62,195 bases of DNA, filler included, from Myxococcota bacterium (GCA_023150835.1; 3 parts of 3 records of this genome joined end to end with filler, not necessarily neighbours in it); one strand, 5' to 3'; counted from the whole stretch's first letter, positions 10,868-20,766 are shown. Notes: a model not told the origin generated them from the letters alone. Numbers and translations: made by a program.

Positions 10868-12400
10868 ATGCCTCAACAACACCAGCCCCCCCAAAAGACT
10901 CGCCGCCTTCATGTCACCGAAACCGTGTTGCGCGATGCCCATCAATCCTTGCTCGCCACGCGGATGCGCACCGAAGATATGCTCCCCATCCTCGAAAAGC
11001 TCGACCGTGTGGGCTATTGGTCCGTCGAGATGTGGGGTGGGGCAACCTTTGATTCTTGTATGCGCTTTTTGCGCGAAGATCCGTGGGAACGCTTGCGCTT
11101 GATCCGCCACGCCATGCCCAACACCCGCCTCCAAATGCTGATGCGCGGCCAAAATATCGTCGGCTACAAACATTATCCAGACGACCTTGTGCGCGCTTTT
11201 GTCCAACGCACCGCACATTACGGCATGGATGTGTTTCGGATCTTCGATGCCCTCAACGATATCCGCAATATGAAAGTCGCCATCGAATCCGTCCTAGAGA
11301 CAGGAAAGATCGCCGAAGGCGCGATCTCTTACACAGTATCGCCCTTCCATACCGTCGAACGCTACGTCGACTTCGCCAAAGAACTCGCCGCCCTTGGATG
11401 CCAGCAGATCTGCATCAAAGACATGGCCGGCTTGCTCGATCCACAAACCGCCGCCAAGCTGGTGCGCGCCATCAAAGAAGCCCTCCCTCTGCCTGTCCAC
11501 GTCCATTCTCACGCAACCAGCGGCATGTCCGAAGTCTCTTATCTCAAAGCTGTCGAAGCGGGCGCAGATATCATCGACACCGCGATCTCTGCTCTTGCAG
11601 GGGGGACCTCTCAACCTCCCACAGAGTCGATCGTTGCCACCTTCCAAGGAAGCCCCTTCGAGACTGGACTCGATCTCAGCCTACTTTCCGAGATCGCCGA
11701 ATACTTCCGCGCCGTCCGCGAAAAATACGCCCACTTTGAAAGCAAGTTCACCGGCATCGATCCCCGTGTCTTGCGCTTCCAGATCCCGGGCGGCATGATC
11801 TCCAACCTCGCCAACCAACTCCGCGAACAAGGCGCGCTCGACCGCATCGAAGAAGTTCTCGAAGAAGTCCCCCGCGTCCGCGCCGAGATGGGCTACCCTC
11901 CCCTCGTCACACCCACCAGCCAGATCGTCGGGACACAAGCCGTCCTCAACGTCCTCAGCGGCGAACGCTACCAAAACTTTAGCCTCGAAGCCCGCAACCT
12001 CCTGCTCGGAAAATATGGCCGTTGCCCCGCACAAACCGACGATACCCTGCGCCAACGCGCCGAAGAACTCAACAAACAGCCCCCCATCACCACCCGCCCC
12101 GCTGACCTGCTCGAACCCCTGCTCGAAATCAGCCGCCAAGCCGTCAAAGACAAAGGCGGCGATCTCGAAGATGACGCGATCTCTTACGCTCTTTTCCCTC
12201 CGATCGCGCTACAGTATTTCGACGAACGCGATCGCGGCGGACCCGCCCCCGAAGTCCTTGCTGCCGCCCTTTCCGCTGTGATCTTTCACCTCCGCCAAGA
12301 TATCGTCGAACAAGAGGCCCATCCCAACGGTCGTTCCTCGATCAATCCGTGGAAATGGGCCGGACGCATCGAAAGCCTACGTGGCCGTCTTTTCCCCTAA
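10868..12400 (+). CDS. Pyruvate/oxaloacetate carboxyltransferase (PycB/OadA/transcarboxylase 5S-like), no biotinyl domain, C-terminal epsilon-like tail
   Basis: LRDAHQSLLATRM, EMWGGATFD, EDPWERL, IKDMAG, HSHATSG, YPPLVTPTSQIVG. Confidence 0.9.
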   Translation: MPQQHQPPQKTRRLHVTETVLRDAHQSLLATRMRTEDMLPILEKLDRVGYWSVEMWGGATFDSCMRFLREDPWERLRLIRHAMPNTRLQMLMRGQNIVGYKHYPDDLVRAFVQRTAHYGMDVFRIFDALNDIRNMKVAIESVLETGKIAEGAISYTVSPFHTVERYVDFAKELAALGCQQICIKDMAGLLDPQTAAKLVRAIKEALPLPVHVHSHATSGMSEVSYLKAVEAGADIIDTAISALAGGTSQPPTESIVATFQGSPFETGLDLSLLSEIAEYFRAVREKYAHFESKFTGIDPRVLRFQIPGGMISNLANQLREQGALDRIEEVLEEVPRVRAEMGYPPLVTPTSQIVGTQAVLNVLSGERYQNFSLEARNLLLGKYGRCPAQTDDTLRQRAEELNKQPPITTRPADLLEPLLEISRQAVKDKGGDLEDDAISYALFPPIALQYFDERDRGGPAPEVLAAALSAVIFHLRQDIVEQEAHPNGRSSINPWKWAGRIESLRGRLFP

Positions 12401-12427
12401 TCCACTATACTTTGCGGGATTCGTTTT

Positions 12428-12555
12428 TTGTGAGGTGTCACCCCACACCCCACAAGGGAGCTTTTCCCCCTTGACCCCGTATCGGCGGAACGGATCGACG
12501 TTTTTCAAACAGACAACGGCACCGCTTGTCCTGACACAAACACGAAGGGTTTCTG
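12428..12555 (+). repeat. Dispersed repeat family B
   Basis: GTGTCACCCCACACCCCACAAGGG...CCCTTGACCCCGTAT...TTTTTCAAAC; matches 51143 directly and 32165, 37672, 61763, 61935 in reverse. Confidence 0.8.
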
Positions 12556-12658
12556 CCCGCCGCATCCGTTCTATCCCATCGGATATCCCGAGATCACGGT
12601 ATCTTTCGTTTGTCATGTCTCAACGTATCCTGTCCCCCCAACCCAAAAGGCTGCTCTC

Positions 12659-13210
12659 ATGTCTATGCGCGGTAAGATCCAACTCGATCAACTCGGCTTT
12701 GATGTCGAAGCCTCCCAACACGGCGAGCAGATCCGCGTCGCCCTCGGCAACCAAGAATTCCTCGCACACCTCCAAGAAACCCCCCAAGGTTTCAAGGTCC
12801 GCGTCGGCGAAGTCTTGTTGTCTCTCGATACTCCCAAAGAACAAAAAGATGCGATGCGCCTCTCTCGCAGCACCAATGTCTCGATCGACGGCAAGATCCA
12901 CCAAGTTCGTTTTGCTCCCATACGCACACAACGAAAGATCCAAAAAAGCGCAAGTACCGGTAGCAGCGAAGGCAGCGTCACCGCCTTTATGCCGGGAACC
13001 ATCGTCCGCGTCATGGTCACCGTCGGACAACACGTCCAAACAGGCGATGTCCTCTTGATCCTTGAAGCCATGAAGATGGAAAACGAAGTCAAAGCCCCCC
13101 AAGACGGTCTGATCAAAACGCTTCACGTCGCCGCAGGCTCCAACGTCAACAAAGGCCAGACTCTCGTCGAGATCGAGCCGCCCTCCCCTGCCGAGACCGC
13201 CGAAGTCTGA
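12659..13210 (+). CDS. Biotin carboxyl carrier protein
   Basis: MPGTIV, LEAMKMENEV biotinylation motif, VxxGxxVxxGQ. Confidence 0.93.
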   Translation: MSMRGKIQLDQLGFDVEASQHGEQIRVALGNQEFLAHLQETPQGFKVRVGEVLLSLDTPKEQKDAMRLSRSTNVSIDGKIHQVRFAPIRTQRKIQKSASTGSSEGSVTAFMPGTIVRVMVTVGQHVQTGDVLLILEAMKMENEVKAPQDGLIKTLHVAAGSNVNKGQTLVEIEPPSPAETAEV

Positions 13211-13222
13211 AAGCACCCAACG

Positions 13223-13502
13223 ATGCAACGCCCTGCCCCATCGCCTCAAAAAGCCCACTGGCTGCTTGAGCCTGAAACGATCTTTCTCAACCACGGCTCT
13301 TTCGGCGCTTGCCCGCGACTTGTTCTCGAAGCCCAACACGCCTTGCGCCAACAACTCGAAGCCCAACCCGTACGCTTCTTTGTACGCGCCTATGAAACGC
13401 TGCTCGACCAAGCCCGACTCGCCCTTGCCGATTTCTTACACGCCGATCCCGAAGGCATCGCCTTTGTCCCCAACGCCACCCACGGCGTCAACACCGTCTT
13501 AC
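13223..13502 (+). pseudogene. Class V aminotransferase (isopenicillin N epimerase / cysteine desulfhydrase-like), 5' fragment interrupted by an IS
   Basis: FLNHGSFGACP and FVPNATHGVNTVL; rejoins 15257 in frame as V-L-R-A-I-P when the IS is removed. Confidence 0.88.
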
Positions 13503-13596
13503 ATGAAGAGCCCGTAAAGCCCAATGCCTTTTAGGCTTGGGATATAAGGGCTTTTAAGCACTTGCGGCTTCAGCCGCTAATTTTTTGAAGTTTGGG

Positions 13597-13626
13597 TTGA
13601 CAAATTGGGGGAGTCGCTTGTACGCT
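13597..13626 (+). promoter_or_regulatory. Putative sigma70 promoter in the IS left end
   Basis: TTGACA-N18-TACGCT upstream of an AGAGAGG RBS. Confidence 0.45.
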
Positions 13627-13661
13627 AGAAATAATCCATCTTATCGAACAAGAGAGGTAGA

Positions 13662-13858
13662 ATGGAATGAGTCCATCCAACCAAAAAGTATCACTCGACG
13701 CACAGTCTCGTTTATCGTTGCCAGTATCATGTCATTTTTTGTCCAAAATATCGGCGTCCTGTGTTGACATGTGGCATTGCCGAACGTCTGTTTCGACCGT
13801 TGGCAGCGTCACTTTGGACGTGGTGAAACAATACATTGAGCAACAAAAGGGGCGATAA
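13662..13858 (+). pseudogene. tnpA: IS200-type Y1 transposase remnant with an internal deletion
   Basis: One frame gives KYHSTHSLVYRCQYHVIFCPKYRRPVL; another gives the C-terminal VSTVGSVTLDVVKQYIEQQ; the central HUH region is absent. Confidence 0.85.
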
Positions 13859-13864
13859 GTCGAG

Positions 13865-15223
13865 ATGGTTCAAGTGAGCGAACAAAAGAAAGCCGCCATC
13901 AAAGACGCCTTGCGTCTGACCAAACTCCGGCGACAGACCCAAATCTGTAAGGTCTACGAACTCAAGCTCGACAAGTCCCGTTTCTCGAAAACCACTCTCC
14001 AACAACTCCAACGCCTGTTTGTTGAAGCCAAATGGTTTCGCAACGCCATCCTTGCTTCCGAAAACCTCTGGATGTTCGATACCAAAACCAAACAAGTTCA
14101 GGTCAAAGTCGACCAAGAATTCCAAACCCGACCTCTGACAGTGCTTGGCTCTCAACTCAAACAATCCATTCACGACCAAATCAAAAGTGAACTCTGTGGC
14201 TTATCCACCAAAAAGAAACAAGGTCACAAAGTCGGGGCTTTGAAGTTCAAGTCTTGGGTGGGCAGTGTGAACCTCAAACAACATGGCACCACCTACACCC
14301 TGTCCTCCAATGGTCGCCTGCGCATCCAAAACATCAAACAACGCCTTCGCACCCGTGGCATCGACCAGATTCCCCAAGGGGCTGAGTTTGCCAATGCCAA
14401 ATTGCTCTCCAGACATGGGGATTTTTATCTGCATGTCACCTGCTATCTGACAGCCCAACAACTCCAAGCCCACCATCACAAGAAACCCAAGAAGAATCCC
14501 AAACCCGCACTGCAACAAGTCGAAATTCTGGGACTCGACGTGGGAATCGCCCACCAACTGACCACAAGCAACGGCATCCAGGTGCAATATCGGGTGCCCA
14601 TCAGCCCCCAAATCCGAAAAGCCCACCAGAAGGTCAGCCGTACCCAAAAGCACTCCAACCATCGGAGGAAAGCCAGACAGAGACTGCAAAAAGCCTACGC
14701 GAAGACCACGAACATCAAGCAGAACCTCGTGAATCAGTTGGTGGCCTGCTTGTGCCTGTTTGTGAAAATCATTTGTGTGCAAGACGATTTTGTCAAAGGA
14801 TGGCAACGAATTTGGGGCAAACGGTTGTTTGAAACCACAATCGGCGGATTGATGGGCAAGTTGAAGAAGTTGCCAAACGCCGTGGTGGTCGAGCGTTGGT
14901 TTGCGTCGACGCAAACTTGTCACAGGTGTGCTCAGAAAACGCCGCACTCACTCAAAGAGAGAGTGTTTGTGTGCGGATGTTGCGGGCATACAGAGGACAG
15001 GGACGTGCATTCGGCCAAAAACATAGAAGAGAAGGGATGGAAAAAGAGGATAGGTGGGGAGCCTACCGAATCCTCGCAGGAGCCTCGCGGGAGGGCCTGT
15101 GAACCGACGCCTGTGGACATCAAGACCACTGCTCTGATGGTGGAATTCCTCAACCGGATTCCGCACATCCGAGCAAGTCTCGTGGCTGAAACAGGAAGCC
15201 TATTGGACAAGGACGTCCCTTAG
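13865..15223 (+). CDS. tnpB: RNA-guided endonuclease TnpB family protein
   Basis: RuvC-I LGLDVG, zinc finger CHRC...CGCC, RuvC-III DRDVHSAKNI; lies inside the IS605 ends. Confidence 0.92.
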   Translation: MVQVSEQKKAAIKDALRLTKLRRQTQICKVYELKLDKSRFSKTTLQQLQRLFVEAKWFRNAILASENLWMFDTKTKQVQVKVDQEFQTRPLTVLGSQLKQSIHDQIKSELCGLSTKKKQGHKVGALKFKSWVGSVNLKQHGTTYTLSSNGRLRIQNIKQRLRTRGIDQIPQGAEFANAKLLSRHGDFYLHVTCYLTAQQLQAHHHKKPKKNPKPALQQVEILGLDVGIAHQLTTSNGIQVQYRVPISPQIRKAHQKVSRTQKHSNHRRKARQRLQKAYAKTTNIKQNLVNQLVACLCLFVKIICVQDDFVKGWQRIWGKRLFETTIGGLMGKLKKLPNAVVVERWFASTQTCHRCAQKTPHSLKERVFVCGCCGHTEDRDVHSAKNIEEKGWKKRIGGEPTESSQEPRGRACEPTPVDIKTTALMVEFLNRIPHIRASLVAETGSLLDKDVP

Positions 15224-15256
15224 GAAGCCCAAGCCTTATAGGCTTGGGTAGCTCAC

Positions 15257-16167
15257 GTGCGATCCCCTTCCGATCGGGCGATCAGATCCTGATCACCGAT
15301 CACGGATACAACGCCTGCAACAACGCGGCTCGCCTCATCGCAAAACACCACCACGCCGAAGTCATCGTTGCTTCTCTGCCTTTTCCAACACAAGAGACCG
15401 CCCAACTCCACGACGCCGTCCTCCAACACATCACGCCCCGCACCCGCCTTGTCTTGCTCGATCACGTCACCAGCCCTTCGGCGCTGATCCTCCCGATCCA
15501 CTCGTTGATCCCGAAGCTACGCGAACGCGGTATCCTCACCTTGATCGACGGTGCCCACGCACCCGGCATGTTGCCGCTTGATCTGCGCACGCTTGATCCT
15601 GATTTCTACACAGGCAACTGCCACAAATGGATGTGCGCCCCCAAAGGCACGGCGTTTTTGTACGTCCGCGACTCTTGGCGCGAATCCCTTCAACCTCTCG
15701 CCATCAGCCACGGCGAAAATGACCTACGCTCCGAACGCAGCCGCTTTCACAAGCGATTCGATTGGGTGGGTACAGGCGATCCCACTCCCTATCTCACCCT
15801 TCCCACCGTCCTTTCCACTCTCCCTCAGATCCTTCAACTCTCTTGGCAAGACCTCCAACAACAACAACACGAAAAAGCCTGTGCCGCGAGGCAACTGCTC
15901 TCACAACGCCTCTCTCTGCCTCTGCTCTGCCCTGATCATCTGCTCGGTAGCATGGCCGCTTTGCCCCTTCCCCCACTCCCTTCTTCCCCACCACCCGGCA
16001 CGATCGACCCTCTCCAACAGCGCCTCTTTACCGACCACGCCATCGAGATCCCCGTCATGCCCTACCCTTCGCAAAATCAACGACTGCTCCGCCTCTCCGC
16101 ACACGCCTACAACACCACCGACGAATATCTCTATCTCGCTCACGCGCTCTCAGCCCTCCTTTCCTAA
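15257..16167 (+). pseudogene. Class V aminotransferase, 3' fragment
   Basis: LDHVTSPSA, LIDGAHAPG, PLP-lysine motif GNCHKWMCAPKG, FDWVGTGD, LRLSAHAYN. Confidence 0.88.
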
Positions 16168-16285
16168 GCGCGCTCTCGTCACTCCTTTCCTCTCGACAAA
16201 AGAGCCTAGCCCACGAAAAATAGATGCCTTATTCTCTTGAAATGGGGGCCTGTGCAAAAGTATCTTTCAACGCGGTGGGTGCATC

Positions 16286-19084
16286 ATGGCGAGACGATCT
16301 TCCTGTTTGTCTGCTTCGGCTTTTTTCTTTCTCTCCAATTCTTCGCGCTTTTTGTTCCTGCTGTTGCTTTTCGGATCGGGCCTTGGAGCCTGTCGAGGCC
16401 AAGGGACGTGCAGCAAACAAGAAGACTGCATCGCAGGCACTTATTGCGTCGAATACTTCTGCAAGGTGCTTTCCTGCCCCATCGACCGCCCTCATCTGTG
16501 CGCTCTGCGTTGCACCAACATGAAAAAAGATGCCAATCATTGTGGTCAGTGCGGAAAAGCTTGTGACTTTGGCGAAGTTTGCGTCAGCGGTGGATGCCGT
16601 AGCGGCGTCGGTTGCACCGCCGAATCCGCTCTTTGCAACAACGCCTGCACCGAGCTTTATAAAGATGCCAAAAATTGCGGACAATGCGGCTTTGCTTGTG
16701 CCGCTGGTTATCTTTGCAAAGACAGCAAGTGCGTCCTTGACTGCGGAGATGGCGGCGTGTGCAACGGAAAGTGCGTGGCGCTCAAAACCGATCGCAACAA
16801 CTGCGGTCAATGCGCAAAAAAATGTGCGCGCACAGAGCTCTGCCAAGCGGGTGTTTGCACCGACGCTTGCGGAACGAGCCGCGCCCTGTGTGGAGAAACG
16901 TGCGTTGATCTCAACACGGACAAGGCCCACTGCGGAGCCTGCAATCGCGCTTGCCTTGATCAAGAAACCTGTACAGGCGGGCGCTGCGTCTGCCAAAACA
17001 ACGCTCGCCGAGCTTGTTATGACGGCCCCACCGCCACCAAAGGCATCGGCCCTTGCAAAGAGGGTTATCGAACCTGCAGCGCAGGAAACTGGTCGGATTG
17101 CGTCGCTCAGATCCTCCCCACCCTTGAAGTCCAAGGCGATCAAGTCGACAACGATTGCGATGGCCAGATCGACGAAGCCCCTTCGCGGACGATCAAGACG
17201 TGGATCGGTGCCGCTGGCGTGCTCTCCACCCCTTCGGGAGTCGCCTACGACGACGACGAAGGCGTCTTATACGTCTCTAGCACAGGCACACACCGCCTCT
17301 ACAAGCTCTATCCAAACGGACAACTCAGCCTTTTTGCAGGGAGCATCGTAGGAAAAACCAATGCCACAGGCGCGGCTGCGCGATTCAGCAGCCCTGCTGC
17401 TTTGGCGCTCGACGCACAAAAAAATCTTTACATCGCAGAATACGGCAACCATTGCATCCGCAAACTCACTCCCAAAGCAACCGCCAGCTTCTTCGCAGGA
17501 TGCGTCAGCATCGGCGCAGCCGACGGACAAGGCACCAAAGCCTCTTTCTTTCACCCGTTCTACCTTGCTTTTTCCCCAAACGGCGAGCTTTTCGCCACAC
17601 AAGACAGCAACACCAACCCGCCCGACAGCCATCTTTTGCGACGCATCACACCCGATGGGACGGTGTCCACTCTCGCCACCTTTGCCTTCGGTCGCAAAGA
17701 CGGCTCGCTCAGCGAGGCCAAGTTCCAATACCTCCGTGGCATCGCGATCTCCCCCGATATGCGCTTCTTGATCGCCGCAGATAGCGGAAACGATATCTTG
17801 CGCCGCCTGAATTTTGCGGATGGACAAGTCAGCACGTTCGCTGGAAGCGGTGTCAAGGGCAAGATCGACGGTGTCGCCTTTGCTGCGCAGTTCTGGTCTC
17901 CGCAAAGCGTGGTCTTCGACGGCAGCGGCGATCTTTATGTCTCCGATACAGGCAACCACGCCATCCGAAAGGTCGCTCCTGACGGACGAACCGTCACCCT
18001 CGCAGGCAACGGACGCGGTTGGCAAGATGGCCTCGGAACCGACGCCAAGTTCTACAACCCCGCTCAGATCACCCTTGATCGCAACGGCAACCTCTATGTC
18101 GCCGATAGCGCCAACAACGCCATCCGAAAAGTCGCTCCTGACGGCAATACCTCCACGATCTACCGCGAGATCACCCATCCCACCCACGAAAAACTCTTGC
18201 GCCCGGGAGCCCTCGCCATCGATAGCCTTGGCCGCCTTTTTGTCCCAGACATCGAGGCTCACGGCATCTTTGCTGCCGGTTCTCAAGGCGATCTCCTCGA
18301 ATGGAGCGGACACAACGGCAGCGGCTACACTGACGGAAAGCTCAACGCCTCATACAACGCCCCAAGCGCCCTTGCCTTCGATGCTCAAGACAACCTTTAC
18401 GTCGCCGACGAAGGAAACCACTGCATCCGAAAGATCGAAAAAGACGGAAGTGTCACCACTTTTGCCGGAACCAACACCGAAGGCTTTGCCGACGGAACTC
18501 GCCAACAAGCCCGATTCTCCGCCCCAAGCGGACTCGCCTTCGACACCAACGGCAACCTCTACATCGCCGACAAAAACAACCACCGCATCCGCAAAGTCGA
18601 CACCAACGGCAACGTGACAACCTTCGCTGGGGACGGAACACCCGCCCACCAAGACGGCCCAAGCTCCACCGCCCAGTTCCGCAACCCCACAGGACTTGCC
18701 TTTGACAACAACGGCAACCTCTACATCGCCGACACGGGAAATCATCGCATCCGCAAAGTCGACACCAACGGCAACGTGACGACCTTTGCGGGCGATGGCA
18801 ACGGGATATGGCGCGATGGGCCTGCTGCCATCGCCTCTTTCTTCGGCCCAAGCGGTGTCCTCTCCATGACCAACGGTGATCTGCTCGTCGCAGACACACA
18901 AAGCCGTCGTATCCGTCGCATCGACCCTCAAGGCAACGTGACAACTTTCGCGGGCAACGGTAGCACCAGCTTCAACGCGGGCCCCGTCGAAAACACAGGA
19001 CTCTCTGCCCCTTATTCAATGGTGCGCGACAAGACAGGCCGCATCTTTCTCTCCGACCGACAAACCATCCGCGTCATCGAATAA
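16286..19084 (+). CDS. Lipoprotein with Cys-rich repeats, a DNDCDG metal-binding motif and NHL beta-propeller repeats
   Basis: Lipobox GLGAC; repeated DxxNCGxCGxxC; VDNDCDGQIDE; many PxGLAFDxxGNLYIADxxNHRIRKV repeats. Confidence 0.88.
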   Translation: MARRSSCLSASAFFFLSNSSRFLFLLLLFGSGLGACRGQGTCSKQEDCIAGTYCVEYFCKVLSCPIDRPHLCALRCTNMKKDANHCGQCGKACDFGEVCVSGGCRSGVGCTAESALCNNACTELYKDAKNCGQCGFACAAGYLCKDSKCVLDCGDGGVCNGKCVALKTDRNNCGQCAKKCARTELCQAGVCTDACGTSRALCGETCVDLNTDKAHCGACNRACLDQETCTGGRCVCQNNARRACYDGPTATKGIGPCKEGYRTCSAGNWSDCVAQILPTLEVQGDQVDNDCDGQIDEAPSRTIKTWIGAAGVLSTPSGVAYDDDEGVLYVSSTGTHRLYKLYPNGQLSLFAGSIVGKTNATGAAARFSSPAALALDAQKNLYIAEYGNHCIRKLTPKATASFFAGCVSIGAADGQGTKASFFHPFYLAFSPNGELFATQDSNTNPPDSHLLRRITPDGTVSTLATFAFGRKDGSLSEAKFQYLRGIAISPDMRFLIAADSGNDILRRLNFADGQVSTFAGSGVKGKIDGVAFAAQFWSPQSVVFDGSGDLYVSDTGNHAIRKVAPDGRTVTLAGNGRGWQDGLGTDAKFYNPAQITLDRNGNLYVADSANNAIRKVAPDGNTSTIYREITHPTHEKLLRPGALAIDSLGRLFVPDIEAHGIFAAGSQGDLLEWSGHNGSGYTDGKLNASYNAPSALAFDAQDNLYVADEGNHCIRKIEKDGSVTTFAGTNTEGFADGTRQQARFSAPSGLAFDTNGNLYIADKNNHRIRKVDTNGNVTTFAGDGTPAHQDGPSSTAQFRNPTGLAFDNNGNLYIADTGNHRIRKVDTNGNVTTFAGDGNGIWRDGPAAIASFFGPSGVLSMTNGDLLVADTQSRRIRRIDPQGNVTTFAGNGSTSFNAGPVENTGLSAPYSMVRDKTGRIFLSDRQTIRVIE

Positions 19085-19095
19085 TCCACACGCCA

Positions 19096-20730
19096 TCAGG
19101 TCGATTCCTCTGAGAGCATCTCCCAACGACGCCTTTGTTGGGCTTGGCGAAAAAACAAAAACAGCACCGAAAGCACCGAAAACAGCAGAAAAAACGAAAA
19201 GGCAAACAGCGGCGCTCCACTCGATCCCTGTCCCGAAGCTGCGCTGTTGTTTGGGTGGGTAGGTTGTGAAACACCCGCAGCATCGACCATTTGGGGAGGT
19301 TCGGCTTTTTTCTGTGTGGTGGCTTTTTTCTGCGTAGTGGCTTTTTTGACGACGATCGGCTCTTGACCTTCTTTTTTCTGCTTTTTGTGGCGGAGGTATT
19401 CTTCGGATGTCGCAAAAGCCATCGTTAAATAACGCGAAAAGGCTTTGTTTGAAAGCAACAATAGCTTCCCTGTGGTGGTGCTTGGATTGGCGAGATAATG
19501 GCGCAAAAACAACGCTTCGGGATCTTGCGTTTTGTCTCGCAACCAACCGCGAAGCTGGCTTCGTATCTTGGCGCTCCAACGGCTCGCGTCTCTGACTTCT
19601 TTGCGAAAAGACGCCTCGAACGTACGAAACTTTACCCGCCGAAGCTCTTTGGCTTTGTCCCCAACCCGATCGCTCCGCCCCAGATCCAAATCGCTCAAAC
19701 TGCCCTGCCCCCAATTCAAAGTGATCGGCGGATTCGCCTCTTCCTTGGTCAAGGTTTTTGCAAGGATCTCTTTGGCTTTCGCATCATAATAAGCCTTTTG
19801 CCTTCTGTCTTTTGTTTCGTAGGACGCTTTCAAAAAAGCCCGCACCGCCATGCGCTGGCCGTTCGCCCCGTATCCTTCGGCAAGAAGGCTCCCCAAAGCG
19901 CTCAACAAGATCGGCGAATCATGCCGACCAAACCGCATCATCCCCAAGATCCCCCGAACCGCTGCATCTCTCAATGCACGTGGCTCCTCCGACAGGCTCG
20001 GAAAATACTGCTTGGCAACAAAGCGCCTTCCGCCTTTTGATTGAGCCATCACATACGCAGAAAACCCTTCTTTTGTTGCAGATCGCTTCGTGGACCAACG
20101 CTTTGCTGCGGAGAGTCGGCCCTCTTTCATCACATACTCCACCAACAAGATCTGATAGATCTCCCGTCCAAAGTGAGCATCCGGGTTCAAGGCCACCGCC
20201 TCTTTTAGAAAAGCGAGGCCCTTTGGAAACAACTTCGTCTTTTTTTGAAAAGCTGCGCGGTGGATGTAAAACGTCCCCAGATTCGCCAACGTTTCGTAAC
20301 GGTGCGTTGAAAATCGGAGCTTTTGTTGGATGACTTGGATCGCTTTTTCGTAACGGCCCAACTTGTCATACGAAACAGCAAGATCATCGTACCAGAGCGG
20401 ATTGTTTGGATCCGACTTCTGCTTTTTTTGTCGATCTCGGATCCGCCAACGGTGGAATTCCTTCGATAGTCGGGCAAAACGGCCCGTAATCAAGTCCCGC
20501 ACCAAGCGATGCTCTTTGCGCCGTCGCTCTTGATCAAAAAGCTCACGCTCGCGACGGCTCACCAACAACCGACGCTCTTTTGCTTCCTCTTCGGATTCTA
20601 TCTCGATCAGTGGCGCTGACTTCAGGTTTCGAGTTCGCCAATCATTCAAGCAGGCTCGGCTTGGCGAAGGCATCCCTCCCCAAAAGGCCACGACCACCGC
20701 GAGCACAACGCATCCAACGCTCCGAAACAT
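19096..20730 (-). CDS. Exported TPR-containing protein with a C-terminal membrane anchor, function unknown
   Basis: Signal peptide; TPR-like YDDLAVSYDKLGRYEKAI and LANLGTF; ALNPDAHFGRE; hydrophobic C-terminus followed by RRR. Confidence 0.65.
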   Translation of the reverse strand: MFRSVGCVVLAVVVAFWGGMPSPSRACLNDWRTRNLKSAPLIEIESEEEAKERRLLVSRRERELFDQERRRKEHRLVRDLITGRFARLSKEFHRWRIRDRQKKQKSDPNNPLWYDDLAVSYDKLGRYEKAIQVIQQKLRFSTHRYETLANLGTFYIHRAAFQKKTKLFPKGLAFLKEAVALNPDAHFGREIYQILLVEYVMKEGRLSAAKRWSTKRSATKEGFSAYVMAQSKGGRRFVAKQYFPSLSEEPRALRDAAVRGILGMMRFGRHDSPILLSALGSLLAEGYGANGQRMAVRAFLKASYETKDRRQKAYYDAKAKEILAKTLTKEEANPPITLNWGQGSLSDLDLGRSDRVGDKAKELRRVKFRTFEASFRKEVRDASRWSAKIRSQLRGWLRDKTQDPEALFLRHYLANPSTTTGKLLLLSNKAFSRYLTMAFATSEEYLRHKKQKKEGQEPIVVKKATTQKKATTQKKAEPPQMVDAAGVSQPTHPNNSAASGQGSSGAPLFAFSFFLLFSVLSVLFLFFRQAQQRRRWEMLSEEST

Positions 20731-20766
20731 CGAACACCTCCAAGCATGAAATCAGGATCGAACTTG

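Larger units (their letters stand above)
13503..15256 (+). mobile_element. IS200/IS605-family element, non-autonomous
   Basis: Inserted 3' of TTAC (13499-13502), ends in TCAC, no target duplication; related subterminal hairpins CCCAATGCCT-TTT-AGGCTTGGG (left) and CCCAAGCCT-TAT-AGGCTTGGG (right). Confidence 0.93.

Noticed and set aside
10868-13210. Na+-pumping oxaloacetate or methylmalonyl-CoA decarboxylase
   Set aside because: No membrane beta subunit or membrane-anchored gamma subunit in the cluster
13503-15256. IStron (group I intron-IS chimera) that would splice out of the aminotransferase mRNA
   Set aside because: Only about 160 bp precede the tnpA remnant, too little for a group I core, and I see no intron motifs
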